From positions 321-64,320 of the forward strand of contig JAJDZH010000018.1 in the NCBI GenBank assembly GCA_022824725.1: 64,000 nt of DNA, written 5' to 3'. This document shows positions 28,777 to 40,010 of the stretch, one piece after another. Position 1 is the stretch's first letter. Each line of letters begins with the position of its first letter. The notes below the pieces were generated by a model, which saw only the letters and a list, made by a program, of their open reading frames with translations, had not been told where the DNA came from and ran no database searches. The stretch comes from Thermoanaerobaculia bacterium. GTDB lineage: Bacteria; Acidobacteriota; Thermoanaerobaculia; Multivoradales; Multivoraceae. The position numbers and the translations under genes are program-made.

Positions 28777-30069
28777 CTACCGGCTGAACCCGGTGACGAG
28801 GTCTCGCGCCGCGGTCGGGACGCCGCAGCGGTCACGAAGGGCCGATCGAACCTCGCCCACCAGGTACAACGAGCCGGTCACGACCAGGACCTGCGCCGCA
28901 TCCGACGATTCCGCGAGGCAACGTTCGAGTGCGTCGGCGGCGTCTTCGTTGACGACGGCTCGGCCGGTGGGAAGCAGCGGAGCCAGCGCTTCCGGCGACG
29001 CTGCCCGGGGGTGGTCGAACGCCGTCAGCGCGACCCGGTCCGCCTTCTCGGCCAGCACCGGGAGGCACTGCTCCGGCTCCTTCTCGGCGAGTGATCCGTA
29101 GAGGAGATCGAACCGGAGCCCGGTCTCGTCGAGGTAGGCGCGGAGCGCGGCCGCGCCGGCCGGATTGTGGGCGGCGTCGAAGAGCACCCGGCGGTGCCCG
29201 CCGTGGGCGTCCACGCCGACCCATTCCAGCCGGCCCGGCCAGCGCAGGGCTCCGACGCCCTTCGTGACGGCTTCGCCGGGGAGCTCCCTCTCACTGAGGG
29301 CACAGAACTCTTCCGCGGCCCGAATCGCGAGCGCGAGGTTCCCGAGCTGGTGGCGGCCGGCCAACGGCGCCTGAAGACGGTCGAGTTCGGCGCCGACGCT
29401 GGCGTCGACGAGATGGGCGCCGCAGACCGCCGCGCAGCGGCGGAGCTCACGTTGCACTTCCGGCCGGCCGGGCCAGGTCAGGCAGGTGCGTCCGGGGCGC
29501 ATGACGCCGGCCTTTTCGCCGGCGATGGAAGTCAGGGTCCAGCCCAGTTGCCGCGCGTGGTCGCGAGCTACCTGGGTGATCACGGAGAGCAGGGGGTCCG
29601 AGACGTTCGTCGCGTCGAGTCGACCGCCCAGGCCGACCTCGAACACCGCGGCGTCGACGCCGTGGTGGGCGAAGTGCATCCAGGCCGCCGCGGTCAGGCT
29701 CTCGAAGTAGGTCGGCGGCGCCTCGCCGGCCGCGTCCAGCACGTGCCGGAGCCAGTGCCCGAGTTCGGCCTCCGAAATCGCCGCGCCGTCGATCCGCAGC
29801 CGCTCCTCGACGTGCTCGAGGTGCGGCGAGGTGTAGAGGCCGCAGCGAAGGCCGGCGGCGCTCAGGATCGAGGCGAGCGCGGCGCTGGTCGAGCCCTTGC
29901 CGTTGGTGCCCGCGACCAGCACCGTCGGCACCCGCTGCTGCGGCTTGCCGAGCACGTCGAGCAGGCTCCGCGTGGCGTCGAGGCCGAGCTTCTGCCCCCA
30001 GACTTCGAGGCGGTCGAGGATCTCGCTCGCCGAGGGTTTGGTCGCGCCGGTCACGTGGCGGCGCAGCAT
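28777..30069 (-). CDS. folC: bifunctional folylpolyglutamate synthase / dihydrofolate synthase
   Basis: P-loop VAGTNGKGST; Mur-ligase-family central and C-terminal domains. Confidence 0.85.
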   Translation of the reverse strand: MLRRHVTGATKPSASEILDRLEVWGQKLGLDATRSLLDVLGKPQQRVPTVLVAGTNGKGSTSAALASILSAAGLRCGLYTSPHLEHVEERLRIDGAAISEAELGHWLRHVLDAAGEAPPTYFESLTAAAWMHFAHHGVDAAVFEVGLGGRLDATNVSDPLLSVITQVARDHARQLGWTLTSIAGEKAGVMRPGRTCLTWPGRPEVQRELRRCAAVCGAHLVDASVGAELDRLQAPLAGRHQLGNLALAIRAAEEFCALSERELPGEAVTKGVGALRWPGRLEWVGVDAHGGHRRVLFDAAHNPAGAAALRAYLDETGLRFDLLYGSLAEKEPEQCLPVLAEKADRVALTAFDHPRAASPEALAPLLPTGRAVVNEDAADALERCLAESSDAAQVLVVTGSLYLVGEVRSALRDRCGVPTAARDLVTGFSR

Positions 30070-30083
30070 AAGATAAACCCGCC

Positions 30084-30848
30084 ATGTCCGGTCACAGCAA
30101 GTGGAGCACGATCAAGCACAAGAAGGCGGCGCAGGACGCCCGCCGCAGCAAGGTCTTCACTCGCATCCTGAAGGAGGTGTCGGTCGCCGCCCGTCTCGGC
30201 GGGGGCGATCCCGCGGGTAACCCGAGACTTCGTCACGCCCTGTCGGAGGCGAAGGCGCAGAACGTGCCGGGAGACAACATCGACCGGGCGATCAGGAAGG
30301 GCACCGGCGAGCTCGAAGGCGTGTCCTACGAGGAAGTCACCTACGAGGGGTACGGCCCCGGCGGCGTGGCGGTCCTGGTGGAGACCCTCACGGACAACCG
30401 GAACCGGACCGTTTCGGAGGTCCGGCACCTGTTCACCAGGCACGGCGGAAACCTGGGCGAGAACGGCTGCGTCGCCTGGATGTTCCACCGCCGCGGCTTC
30501 TTCGTCTTCGATCGCGCTGCCCTCGAGGGCTCCGGCGTGGACGAGGAGGCGCTGGTCGAGCTCGCGCTCGAACTCGAGGCCGAGGACTTTGCGGTGGAGG
30601 ACGAGAGCTACAGCGTCTACACCTCGGTCGAGGCGTTCCATGCGACGAAGGATGCGATCGAGGAGCGCGGGCTGACCGCGACCGTCGCGCAACTGACGAT
30701 GGAACCGCAGAACCTGGTCCAGCTCGACGAAGGAGGCGCGGGCCCGCTCATGCGCCTGATCGACGCACTGGAGGATCAGGACGACGTGCAGAACGTCTGG
30801 GCCAACTTCGACCTGGACGACGAGCTGCTCGAGCGGCTGGCGTCCTGA
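30084..30848 (+). CDS. YebC/PmpR-family DNA-binding regulator
   Basis: [22 protein letters not shown]-terminus is diagnostic. Confidence 0.85.
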   Translation: MSGHSKWSTIKHKKAAQDARRSKVFTRILKEVSVAARLGGGDPAGNPRLRHALSEAKAQNVPGDNIDRAIRKGTGELEGVSYEEVTYEGYGPGGVAVLVETLTDNRNRTVSEVRHLFTRHGGNLGENGCVAWMFHRRGFFVFDRAALEGSGVDEEALVELALELEAEDFAVEDESYSVYTSVEAFHATKDAIEERGLTATVAQLTMEPQNLVQLDEGGAGPLMRLIDALEDQDDVQNVWANFDLDDELLERLAS

Positions 30849-30867
30849 CCGTCTCCGTGGCGTTGCC

Positions 30868-31383
30868 GTGATCGTCCTCGGGATCGATCCCGGGAGTCGC
30901 TACACGGGGTTCGGCGTGGTGGAGCAGGAGGGATCGAGGGTTCGCCAACTGGACGCGGGCCGGATCGCCCTCGCCGGCGAGCCGACGCCGGCGGCGCGCA
31001 TGGCCCGGTTGGCCGAGGGAGTCGAGGAGACGCTCGACCGCTGGCAGCCGGCGGCGGCGGTGCTCGAGTCCCTGTTTCACGGGCGCAACAGCCGCTCGCT
31101 GATCGCGCTGGCCCAGGCCCGGGGCGTCATCCTGTCCGTGCTCGGGCGGCATGGCCTGGACGTCCGCGAGTTCTCGCCGGCCGAGGTCAAGCAGGCGGTC
31201 TGCGGCAGTGGCCGGGCCGACAAGACCCAGGTCTCCCGCATGGTCGACGTGCTTCTGGGCCCAGCGCCGGCGCGGCGCAGCGCCGACGCATCCGACGCTC
31301 TGGCCGCCGCGCTCTGCTACCTCCACCGCCGGCCTCTGGAGCGGGTCGTGAAGGCGGCCGGGGCATCGCGGGAACGTGCTTGA
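30868..31383 (+). CDS. ruvC: crossover junction endodeoxyribonuclease
   Basis: MIVLGIDPGSRYTGFGVVE RNase-H-fold N-terminus. Confidence 0.85.
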   Translation: MIVLGIDPGSRYTGFGVVEQEGSRVRQLDAGRIALAGEPTPAARMARLAEGVEETLDRWQPAAAVLESLFHGRNSRSLIALAQARGVILSVLGRHGLDVREFSPAEVKQAVCGSGRADKTQVSRMVDVLLGPAPARRSADASDALAAALCYLHRRPLERVVKAAGASRERA

Positions 31384-31389
31384 TCGGGC

Positions 31390-31426
31390 GGTTCCAAAGC
31401 CGAACCCGTGTGCTATATTGCTCCAC
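31390..31426 (+). promoter_or_regulatory. candidate sigma70-type promoter for the exbB operon
   Basis: TTCCAA, 16 nt, TATATT, followed by a structured leader and GGAGG before the GTG start at 31554. Confidence 0.3.
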
Positions 31427-31553
31427 CGTTCCAAGGTGAGCCAGGCACCCCTCCCGGTGTAGGGGTCACCGCATGTCCAGAATCGCGTCCGCCTTTCGGC
31501 GGGCGGTTCAACCAGGCCCGTAGTGGCGGGCATAGTCCTGAGGAGGTAGCTAG

Positions 31554-32219
31554 GTGAACATTGGTGGCACGTTCTGGAAGCTGATGAACGAGGGCGGCCC
31601 CGTCATGTGGCCATTGCTCGCTTTTTCCGTCATCGCGGCCGCGGTGGTGGTGGAGCGACTGATTGCGCTGCGACGGGCCCGGATCAACGTTCACGAGTTC
31701 CTCCCCAAGGTGCGGAAGGCGCTGGTCGTGAACCGCTCGATTCGTGAAGCGGTCAAGGTATGCGAGGAGTACCGCGGGCCGGTCGCCTCGATCCTCAAGG
31801 CCGGTCTGATGAAGTACGGCCAGCCCAAGGAAGACGTCGAGAAGACGATCGAGAACGCGGCGCTGTTCGAGATGGGCCGCCTCGAGCGCGGCCTCGCGGT
31901 GCTGGCGACCACCGCCAACGTCGCCCCGCTGCTCGGGTTCTTCGGCACGGTGACCGGCATGATGGCCGGTTTCGACGCCCTGGCGGCCCAGGGCCTGTCG
32001 AACCCCGGCGCGGTCGCGACCGGTATCAAGGAGGCGCTGACCACGACCGCCGGCGGTCTGGCGGTCGCCATTCCGACGCAGCTCGCCTACAACTACTTCA
32101 TGAGCCGGATCAACAAGTTCGTCCGCGACATCGAGACGTCGGCGAACATGCTGCTCGAGACCTTCGGCGAGATGGAGCGCAGCGGCGTCCCGCCGGAGTC
32201 CGGCGGCGACGCTGGCTAG
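31554..32219 (+). CDS. exbB: MotA/TolQ/ExbB proton-channel protein
   Basis: 3-TM profile and conserved C-terminal TM region GIKEALTTTAGGLAVAIP. Confidence 0.8.
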   Translation: MNIGGTFWKLMNEGGPVMWPLLAFSVIAAAVVVERLIALRRARINVHEFLPKVRKALVVNRSIREAVKVCEEYRGPVASILKAGLMKYGQPKEDVEKTIENAALFEMGRLERGLAVLATTANVAPLLGFFGTVTGMMAGFDALAAQGLSNPGAVATGIKEALTTTAGGLAVAIPTQLAYNYFMSRINKFVRDIETSANMLLETFGEMERSGVPPESGGDAG

Positions 32220-32225
32220 GCCGAC

Positions 32226-32654
32226 ATGAAGCTCAAGGCAACCATCGAGCACAAGCCGAACATCCCGACGGCCTCGATGGCGGATATCGCCTTCCTGCTG
32301 ATCATCTTCTTCATGCTGACGATCACCTTCGAGGTCGACAAGACCCAGGTGGTGCTGCCGAAGACGACGCTCAGGTACGAGATCCCGAAACAGTCCGCCT
32401 ACGTCTCGATCGACCCGAACGGGCGCATCCGGGTGTCGGACGGCAACGAACAGAGCGCTCTGGTCAGCGCGGCCGACGAGGTGCTCTCGATGGCCGCGGG
32501 CGTCATCGCGATGGACCCGCAGAAGGTCTTCGTCGTCAAGTCGGACGGCGAAGTGTCGTGGGACAAGGTCGACGAGGTGATCGACGCGTTGAAGCGGGCC
32601 AAGGTGCGGGACGTCTACCTGCTGTCCGATCAGCGGACAGTCACCGACGGGTAG
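32226..32654 (+). CDS. exbD: ExbD/TolR biopolymer transport protein
   Basis: ASMADIAFLLIIFFMLT N-terminal TM and ExbD fold. Confidence 0.8.
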   Translation: MKLKATIEHKPNIPTASMADIAFLLIIFFMLTITFEVDKTQVVLPKTTLRYEIPKQSAYVSIDPNGRIRVSDGNEQSALVSAADEVLSMAAGVIAMDPQKVFVVKSDGEVSWDKVDEVIDALKRAKVRDVYLLSDQRTVTDG

Positions 32655-32684
32655 GCTTGACCAGACGATGGATGGAGACGCAAG

Positions 32685-33122
32685 ATGAGACTTGATCGTG
32701 ATCGCCCGGACGACGAGATCCCGACCTCCTCGATGGCGGACATCGCCTTCCTGCTGATTGTCTTCTTCATGATCACGACGACGTTCACCGCGACCCGCGG
32801 ACTGGACTTCGCGCTTCCCGAGGACGACGACGATCCGCCGGTGGTCGAGAAGGAGGAGTCGGTGCTGATCGAGATCCTGCCCACCGGCGAGTTGATCGTC
32901 GACCAGGATCCGATGCAGTTGCACGAGATCATCCCCTACCTGCAGCCGAAGCTCGAGCGGAACCCGAAGAAGCCGGTCATCATCCGGCCGGATACCGCGA
33001 CGCCGTACAAGTACATGGTCCAGGTGTACGACGAACTGCGCCAGGGCGAGGATCACGGGCTGGCGGAGCCGATCAACATCTCGGTTCCCACCCAGCGCGA
33101 GATCCAGAGCTTCTGGTACTAG
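32685..33122 (+). CDS. exbD: ExbD/TolR biopolymer transport protein (second copy)
   Basis: SSMADIAFLLIVFFMITT. Confidence 0.8.
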   Translation: MRLDRDRPDDEIPTSSMADIAFLLIVFFMITTTFTATRGLDFALPEDDDDPPVVEKEESVLIEILPTGELIVDQDPMQLHEIIPYLQPKLERNPKKPVIIRPDTATPYKYMVQVYDELRQGEDHGLAEPINISVPTQREIQSFWY

Positions 33123-33215
33123 AGGTCGGAATACGCCTGAACCGGCTGGACGTTGAACTCAGACACCACGCGACAGAAAAGCTGACCGAGAACCTGACCG
33201 AAGAGGGGTAACCGG

Positions 33216-33959
33216 ATGAGTGACGAGAACCTCGAACAGGCTGCATCCCCCGCGGAGGAGCCCGCGAAGGACGAAGCGAGCGCGCTGACGTCCGCCGAGC
33301 AGGGCCTGCTGACCTACGTGCAGGAGACCCGCGAGGACAACAAGACCTTCCGCTACTCGCTGGGGCTGGCGGTCATCCTCCACGGCATCCTGCTGATCGT
33401 GAAGCTGCCCGACCTGTACGGCGACGTGGTGGCGCCGCCGCCGAAGCCCAAGGTCTTCGTCGTGCAGCAGGTGCGCTTCAAGCCGCCACCGCCGAAGGAA
33501 GAGCAGCAGATTCCGAAGCCGAAGTCGAAGAAGGTTCCGATCCCCGATCCGACGCCCGACGAGCCGGAGCCGATCCGGATCGACGAGCCCGAGGAGATCG
33601 ACATCCCCGAGGTCGACGATCTCGATCTCTTCGACCTCCCCGAGGCGCCGCCTCCGCCGGAACCGACCGGGCCGATCTACGTCACCGGCGACGTGACGAA
33701 GCCGGAGAAGATCAACGAGATCCAGCCCCAGTACACCGAGATCGCGCGCAAGGCGCGGATCCAGGGCGTCGTGATCCTCCAGGCGACGATCGACAAGAAC
33801 GGCGACATCACCGACATCAAGGTCCTGAAGCCCCTGCCGATGGGCCTTGCCGAAGCCGCCGTGTCGGCCGTGCAGCAGTGGAAGTTCAAGCCGGCGACGC
33901 TGAACGGCAAGCCGGTCGCCGTCTACTACAACCTGACCGTCAACTTCCAGCTCCAGTAG
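33216..33959 (+). CDS. tonB: TonB-family energy transducer (Pro/Lys/Glu-rich linker plus TonB C-terminal domain)
   Basis: N-terminal TM, PPPKPK/PEPEP-rich linker and C-terminal GVVILQATIDKNGDITDIKVLK domain. Confidence 0.7.
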   Translation: MSDENLEQAASPAEEPAKDEASALTSAEQGLLTYVQETREDNKTFRYSLGLAVILHGILLIVKLPDLYGDVVAPPPKPKVFVVQQVRFKPPPPKEEQQIPKPKSKKVPIPDPTPDEPEPIRIDEPEEIDIPEVDDLDLFDLPEAPPPPEPTGPIYVTGDVTKPEKINEIQPQYTEIARKARIQGVVILQATIDKNGDITDIKVLKPLPMGLAEAAVSAVQQWKFKPATLNGKPVAVYYNLTVNFQLQ

Positions 33960-34050
33960 AGCGGAGAGGTCTGGCGACCGGCTGAGTGCCCGCCGCCAGG
34001 CCGCGTCGCATTCCCGCAAGAACTCACTCTCAACTTCCAAGTCAAGCTGA

Positions 34051-35238
34051 ATGGGAGTACAGATGACTACTCGCCGATCCATACTTACCTTGGCGGCGCT
34101 CAGCCTCCTGCTGACCGCGTCGATCGCCACCGCTGGCTGGGACGAAGGCATGGCCGCCTTCAAGTCCGGCAACTTCGCGCAGGCCATCGCCGAGTTCCAG
34201 CAATTCGTCGAGGAACGTCCCGACCAGCACGCCGGCTACCAGATGCTTGGGCTTTCGCTGATGTCGGCGAGGCGTCCGGCGGATGCCGTGGCCCCGTTCG
34301 AGAAGGCGCTGGAGCTGAAGGGCGAGAACCCTGCCGATCGCCTGTATCTGGGCCGAGCCCAGCACCTGAGCGGCAACCACAGGGAGTCCATCTCGACGCT
34401 CAGCCGTCTTCAGATAGGCAGCCTCCCGGCCAAGAACCAGGTTCAGGTGTACCAGATGCGTGGCGCCAGCTACGCGCAGTTGGGTAACACGGGCAGCGCG
34501 GCCGCCGACCTCGGCAGGGTCGCCGACCTGAAGTCCAGCGACGCCCGGGCGAGGTTCGAGTACGGGCAGATGCTTCACAACGATGCGCAGCTTGACCCGG
34601 CGATCGCTGCCTACGAGCGAGCGATCTCGATGGACGGCAGCCAGGCGGAGTGGAAGAGGGTTCTGGTGAATGCCCTGAAGGTCAAGGGTCGGCGCACCCA
34701 GGGCTCAGCCAAGACCGGCGTCTACCGCGAAGCGGAGGACGTGGCCAGAAGCCTGGTAGGGGCCAGCCCCTCGTTCGACAACCTGCTGCTGCTCGGCGAG
34801 GTTCAGCTCGGCGCCAAGAACTACGACTCGGCGGCTTCGACGTTCCAGCAGGCCATCTCGAAGAAGAGCAACGACTGGCACGCGCACTTCTACCTCGGGC
34901 AGGCCTTCGGCTCGCTCGAGCGCTTCAGCGACGCCGAAGGGCCGCTCAACACCGCACTCCCGCTGGCTTCCGACGGGGCCGACAAGAATCAGATCCTGGA
35001 CTATCTCGGCTTCGTGCTCTCGAAGCAGAACAAGTACGAACCGGCGATCTCGGCCTACGAGCGGGCGGGCAACGCGGCTGGCGTTGCCCGGGTGCGTGAG
35101 AACCAGCAGATCGCCCAGGAGAACAGGGAAGCCGACGAGTTCAACGAGAACATCGCGGAACTGGAACGCCAGCGCGAGGAACTCCGCCGGCAGCTCGAAG
35201 AGGTCCCCGGAGCGACCAACGAGCCGCCGCGCCGCTGA
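34051..35238 (+). CDS. secreted TPR-repeat protein with C-terminal coiled coil
   Basis: Signal peptide; multiple TPR-like repeats; it occupies the last-gene position of the ExbBD-TonB cluster. Confidence 0.55.
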   Translation: MGVQMTTRRSILTLAALSLLLTASIATAGWDEGMAAFKSGNFAQAIAEFQQFVEERPDQHAGYQMLGLSLMSARRPADAVAPFEKALELKGENPADRLYLGRAQHLSGNHRESISTLSRLQIGSLPAKNQVQVYQMRGASYAQLGNTGSAAADLGRVADLKSSDARARFEYGQMLHNDAQLDPAIAAYERAISMDGSQAEWKRVLVNALKVKGRRTQGSAKTGVYREAEDVARSLVGASPSFDNLLLLGEVQLGAKNYDSAASTFQQAISKKSNDWHAHFYLGQAFGSLERFSDAEGPLNTALPLASDGADKNQILDYLGFVLSKQNKYEPAISAYERAGNAAGVARVRENQQIAQENREADEFNENIAELERQREELRRQLEEVPGATNEPPRR

Positions 35239-35243
35239 GCGTC

Positions 35244-35258
35244 GCTAGCCGCTAGCCG

Positions 35259-35264
<6 letters not shown>
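35244..35264. repeat. 3x tandem heptamer GCTAGCC in a convergent intergenic region
   Basis: gctagccgctagccgctagcc lies directly between the TPR gene stop and the gatB stop. Confidence 0.5.
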
Positions 35265-36752
<1,488 letters not shown>

Positions 36753-36794
36753 GGCCGTCTCAATGGCCGCGGCATCCTACAGCAGGCCCTCCCG

Positions 36795-37493
36795 GTGAAT
36801 GGCCCGTCGGCGAGTGTCGCACTTGAGGTCTACCGCCGCGGGCCGGTGTGGGCCGCGTTTCTGGGCGTGGTGCCGCAAGGGGGAGCAGCCGGGCCGGAGG
36901 ACGCCCTCGAGGTTCTGGCGGGCCAGGTTCCCGCGGCGGCTGCGGCGGCGCCGGCCTGGCTTCGCCAGCGGCACGGCGCGGACGCGCTGAGAGCGCCGGG
37001 TCCCGGACCGACCGGCGATGGAGATGCGCTGATCGTGTCGGCGTCCGGAGTCGCGGCCACGGTCTTCGTCGCCGACTGCGTGCCCGTGCTGATTGCCGCC
37101 GGCGACTCGGTGGCCGCGGTCCACGCCGGCTGGCGCGGGCTTGCGAAGGGAGTTCTGGCCTCGGCCGTCCGCGAGTTGAACGGTGATTCGTCCGGTCACG
37201 GGGCGCCGGCGGAAGCATGGATCGGTCCGGCGATCGGACCCTGTTGCTATGAGGTCGGCGAAGACGTTGCCGTTCAGGTGGAGTCCCGGAGCGGCGCGGA
37301 GGTGGTCGCTCGACGACCCGGCCGGAAGCCCCGCCTCGACCTGCCGCTGGCCGCTTCGCGGCAGCTAGCCGGTCTGGGCGTCGGCCAGGTCTCGACCGTG
37401 GAACGCTGCGTGCGTTGCAGTCCCGACTGGTGGAGCTACCGTCGGGACGGCGCCCGGGCGGGCCGGAACTACGGGTTCATCTGGCGCGACTAG
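36795..37493 (+). CDS. YfiH/PgeF-family purine nucleoside phosphorylase / peptidoglycan editing factor (DUF152)
   Basis: VFVADCVPVL...AAVHAGWRG...GPCCYEVG motifs; GTG start. Confidence 0.7.
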   Translation: MNGPSASVALEVYRRGPVWAAFLGVVPQGGAAGPEDALEVLAGQVPAAAAAAPAWLRQRHGADALRAPGPGPTGDGDALIVSASGVAATVFVADCVPVLIAAGDSVAAVHAGWRGLAKGVLASAVRELNGDSSGHGAPAEAWIGPAIGPCCYEVGEDVAVQVESRSGAEVVARRPGRKPRLDLPLAASRQLAGLGVGQVSTVERCVRCSPDWWSYRRDGARAGRNYGFIWRD

Positions 37494-37495
37494 CG

Positions 37496-37620
37496 CTCAC
37501 CTGGCCGCCTACTGGGTGCGCCGGCGCCCCCGCAGGCTGCCCCCGCAGGCGGTCGGAAAGACGCGCCGGCCGCAAGGCCGGCTCCGCTGCGGCGGCCGGT
37601 TGAGTGCTACTGGCGGGAAG
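37496..37620. repeat. REP/MITE-like element (type 2 tail GCTGCC..CGCAGGCGG..GCCGGCCGCAAGGCCGGCTCC)
   Basis: Core CTACTGGGTGCGCCGGCGCCCCCGCAGGC followed by the GGCCGGCCGCAAGGCCGGCTCC hairpin. Confidence 0.7.
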
Positions 37621-37906
37621 TCCGGCTGCGGGCCTTGCGCGTCGGGTCGATCCCGACCGACCGGAGGAAGGCGAGGTCGCGGCCGTTGATCCTGAAGGGC
37701 GGCGCCGGCACAGGCCGACGATTCGCGTCATCCTCGGTATCGGCCTCGTCGTCGCTCTCGAACGGTTTGCAGTCGAGGAAGAGGTTCAGCGTGTAGCCTT
37801 CCTGCCGGATCGACTCGAGCCGGTCGTGGACCTCGGACGAGTCCGCGATCGCTTCGCACAGGGAGCGGGTGAGGTCTTCGAGCAGTTGCTTGAGCCGGGG
37901 TTCCAT
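37607..37906 (-). CDS. small acidic hypothetical protein
   Basis: 99 aa ORF with non-GC-biased composition in a locally lower-GC stretch; no recognisable family. Confidence 0.35.
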   Translation of the reverse strand: MEPRLKQLLEDLTRSLCEAIADSSEVHDRLESIRQEGYTLNLFLDCKPFESDDEADTEDDANRRPVPAPPFRINGRDLAFLRSVGIDPTRKARSRTSRQ

Positions 37907-38951
37907 GGCAACGAGATCATTATCCCAAAGAGACGCTCCGCGCGACAGTCGGGATCCGCTACGTGACGATCAGGATGTCTGGGAGCCGATCGTCGAAGGG
38001 CTTGGAGCCGCGGGCTTCCGGCCTGCTTCCTTCGAGCCGCTGGCCGGCGACGTTTCCGCGCGGCGCTATGCGCGGCTGCGTCTCGCGGGCGGCGAGCGGT
38101 TCGTCGTCTGTGCCTACCCGGGCGACATGGCCGACGTGGCGTCGCGCTTCCTGGCCGCGACGGAGCTGCTGAACTCGGTCGGCGTGCCGCTGCCGGAAGT
38201 CGAACGGCACTCGCTGGGCGAGCCGGTCTGGATCCTCCTGGAAGACCTGGGGCCACAGACGGTCTTCGACCGGTGGAAGGGCGGGGGTCTGAGTCCGGCC
38301 GCGCTGGACCGGCTCCTGACGGAGGCGGTGGCTCACATCGGCCGAATCCACCTCCTGTCTCCCGACAGGGTGCGCGCTCTGGGCTCGCCGCCGCTCGACC
38401 GGGAGCTGCTGATGGCGGAGCTCGACCTGACCTGGGAGCGCTTTCTCGAGCCGCGGGGATTGGTGGGAGACCGGATCCTGGCCGGGCAACTGCGGGCGTT
38501 CTGCGAAGCCGTGTGCGATCGTCTGGGCTCGGCGGCGCCCGTGCCCTGTCATCGCGACTTCATGGTCCGCAACCTGATGTTGCGGACCTCGGACCGGGAC
38601 GGCGCGGAACCGGAGGTCGTCGTGATCGATCACCAGGATCTGCGCCTGGGCCCGCCGCACTATGACCTCGCCTCGCTCCTGAACGACAGCCTGACGCTCA
38701 CTGCCGGCCAGCGGCGGGACCATCTGGCGACCCTGGAGGAAGACACCGAAGAGCTTGCCCTGTACAGCGCCGCGCTGGCGCAGCGGATGCTCAAGATCGC
38801 CGGTACGTTCGCCCACTTCGCCGCGCTCGGCAACGAGCGTCACCTGCCGTTGATTCCACGAGCCCTGCGGCGGTTCTTCGACGCGCTGGATGCGCTTCCC
38901 GAGGGCCGTGAGCTCGCACCCCGCCTGCGCCGGGAGTGGGCGGCGTTCTAG
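37905..38951 (+). CDS. APH/ChoK-like phosphotransferase-family kinase
   Basis: GDVSARRYARL N-terminal motif; catalytic HRDFMVRNLML; IDHQDL (DxD-like) motif. Confidence 0.6.
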   Translation: MATRSLSQRDAPRDSRDPLRDDQDVWEPIVEGLGAAGFRPASFEPLAGDVSARRYARLRLAGGERFVVCAYPGDMADVASRFLAATELLNSVGVPLPEVERHSLGEPVWILLEDLGPQTVFDRWKGGGLSPAALDRLLTEAVAHIGRIHLLSPDRVRALGSPPLDRELLMAELDLTWERFLEPRGLVGDRILAGQLRAFCEAVCDRLGSAAPVPCHRDFMVRNLMLRTSDRDGAEPEVVVIDHQDLRLGPPHYDLASLLNDSLTLTAGQRRDHLATLEEDTEELALYSAALAQRMLKIAGTFAHFAALGNERHLPLIPRALRRFFDALDALPEGRELAPRLRREWAAF

Positions 38952-38985
38952 CTGCTAGAATCCTCCAACTTCAACAGGAGACCCC

Positions 38986-39180
38986 ATGCCTTCCATTGGC
39001 ATCCAAGAGCTTCTCATCATCTTCGTCATCCTGATGGTCATCTTCGGCGGCAGCAAGCTGCCGCTGCTTGGCCGGGGGATGGGTGAGGGCATCCGCAACT
39101 TCAAGCGGGGGCTGCGGGGCGACGACTCCTCCGAGCTGGAGGAGGAAAACGCGTCTTCGTCAGGCGCCAAGACCAGCTAG
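38986..39180 (+). CDS. tatA: twin-arginine translocase subunit TatA/E
   Basis: MPSIGIQELLIIFVILMVIFGGSKLP is the canonical TatA N-terminus. Confidence 0.8.
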   Translation: MPSIGIQELLIIFVILMVIFGGSKLPLLGRGMGEGIRNFKRGLRGDDSSELEEENASSSGAKTS

Positions 39181-39926
39181 CCGCTCGCCAGCACCGCGAA
39201 GTCGAGTCCGTCCGGATTGACGGCGGCCCAGGCCGCGCGGTGGTGCGCGATGTAGACACGGAGCACGCTGTTCGTGAAGCCGCGCGTCTCGCGGAAGGGG
39301 GGGAACCCTCCGAAACGGTCGACCCTGCCGGGTCCCGCGTTGTAGCCGGCGAGAGCGAGGACGAGGTCGTTGTCGAAGCGGCGCAGCAGGTAGGCCAGGT
39401 AGTTCACGCCCGCGTCGAGATTCTGGCCGGGGTCGTAGACATCCGCGACTCCCAACTCCTCGGCGGTCGTCGGCATCATCTGCATCAGACCGAGGGCGCC
39501 CCGGGGCGAGACCGCCTCCGTGTCGAACGAGGATTCAGCCTGGACGATGGCCGCCACGAGGAGCGGGTCGACGCCGTGACGCTCGGCGGCGTCGAGGATC
39601 AGGTCACCGTACGGAACACGCTGCATCCGCTCGCGGACCGCGTCCTCGTCGGCGGCGCCGATGAAGAGCTCGAAGCTCTCCCGGCGCGACGGAATGCGCT
39701 CGTACAGCGGACCCCCTCCCAGGTAGACGGAGGCGGCTCCGGCCGACGGTTCAAGCCACGCCTGAATCTGCTCCAGGAGAACGATGTCTTCCAGAGGGTG
39801 CGACATGGGCAGCGGTTCCAGGTGCCGACCGGGCGCGGTTTCGCGGGGCGCGGCGGCCAGAATGGCTGCCGCCGCCACGGCCACGACGACGGCCCGGTTC
39901 CGGAGACTGAGTTTCTGTGTAGTCAT
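39177..39926 (-). CDS. lytic transglycosylase (SLT domain) with signal peptide
   Basis: ESSFDTEAVSPRGALGLMQMMPTTA catalytic motif and AGYNAGPGRV. Confidence 0.75.
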   Translation of the reverse strand: MTTQKLSLRNRAVVVAVAAAAILAAAPRETAPGRHLEPLPMSHPLEDIVLLEQIQAWLEPSAGAASVYLGGGPLYERIPSRRESFELFIGAADEDAVRERMQRVPYGDLILDAAERHGVDPLLVAAIVQAESSFDTEAVSPRGALGLMQMMPTTAEELGVADVYDPGQNLDAGVNYLAYLLRRFDNDLVLALAGYNAGPGRVDRFGGFPPFRETRGFTNSVLRVYIAHHRAAWAAVNPDGLDFAVLASG

Positions 39927-40010
39927 TGGCTGTATGCCAATCTGATGCGCGTCGGATGAAGGTCCGAAACGGCAAGCCTGCGATGCGTTTCAGCGCGCTG
40001 GCAGTCTTTC

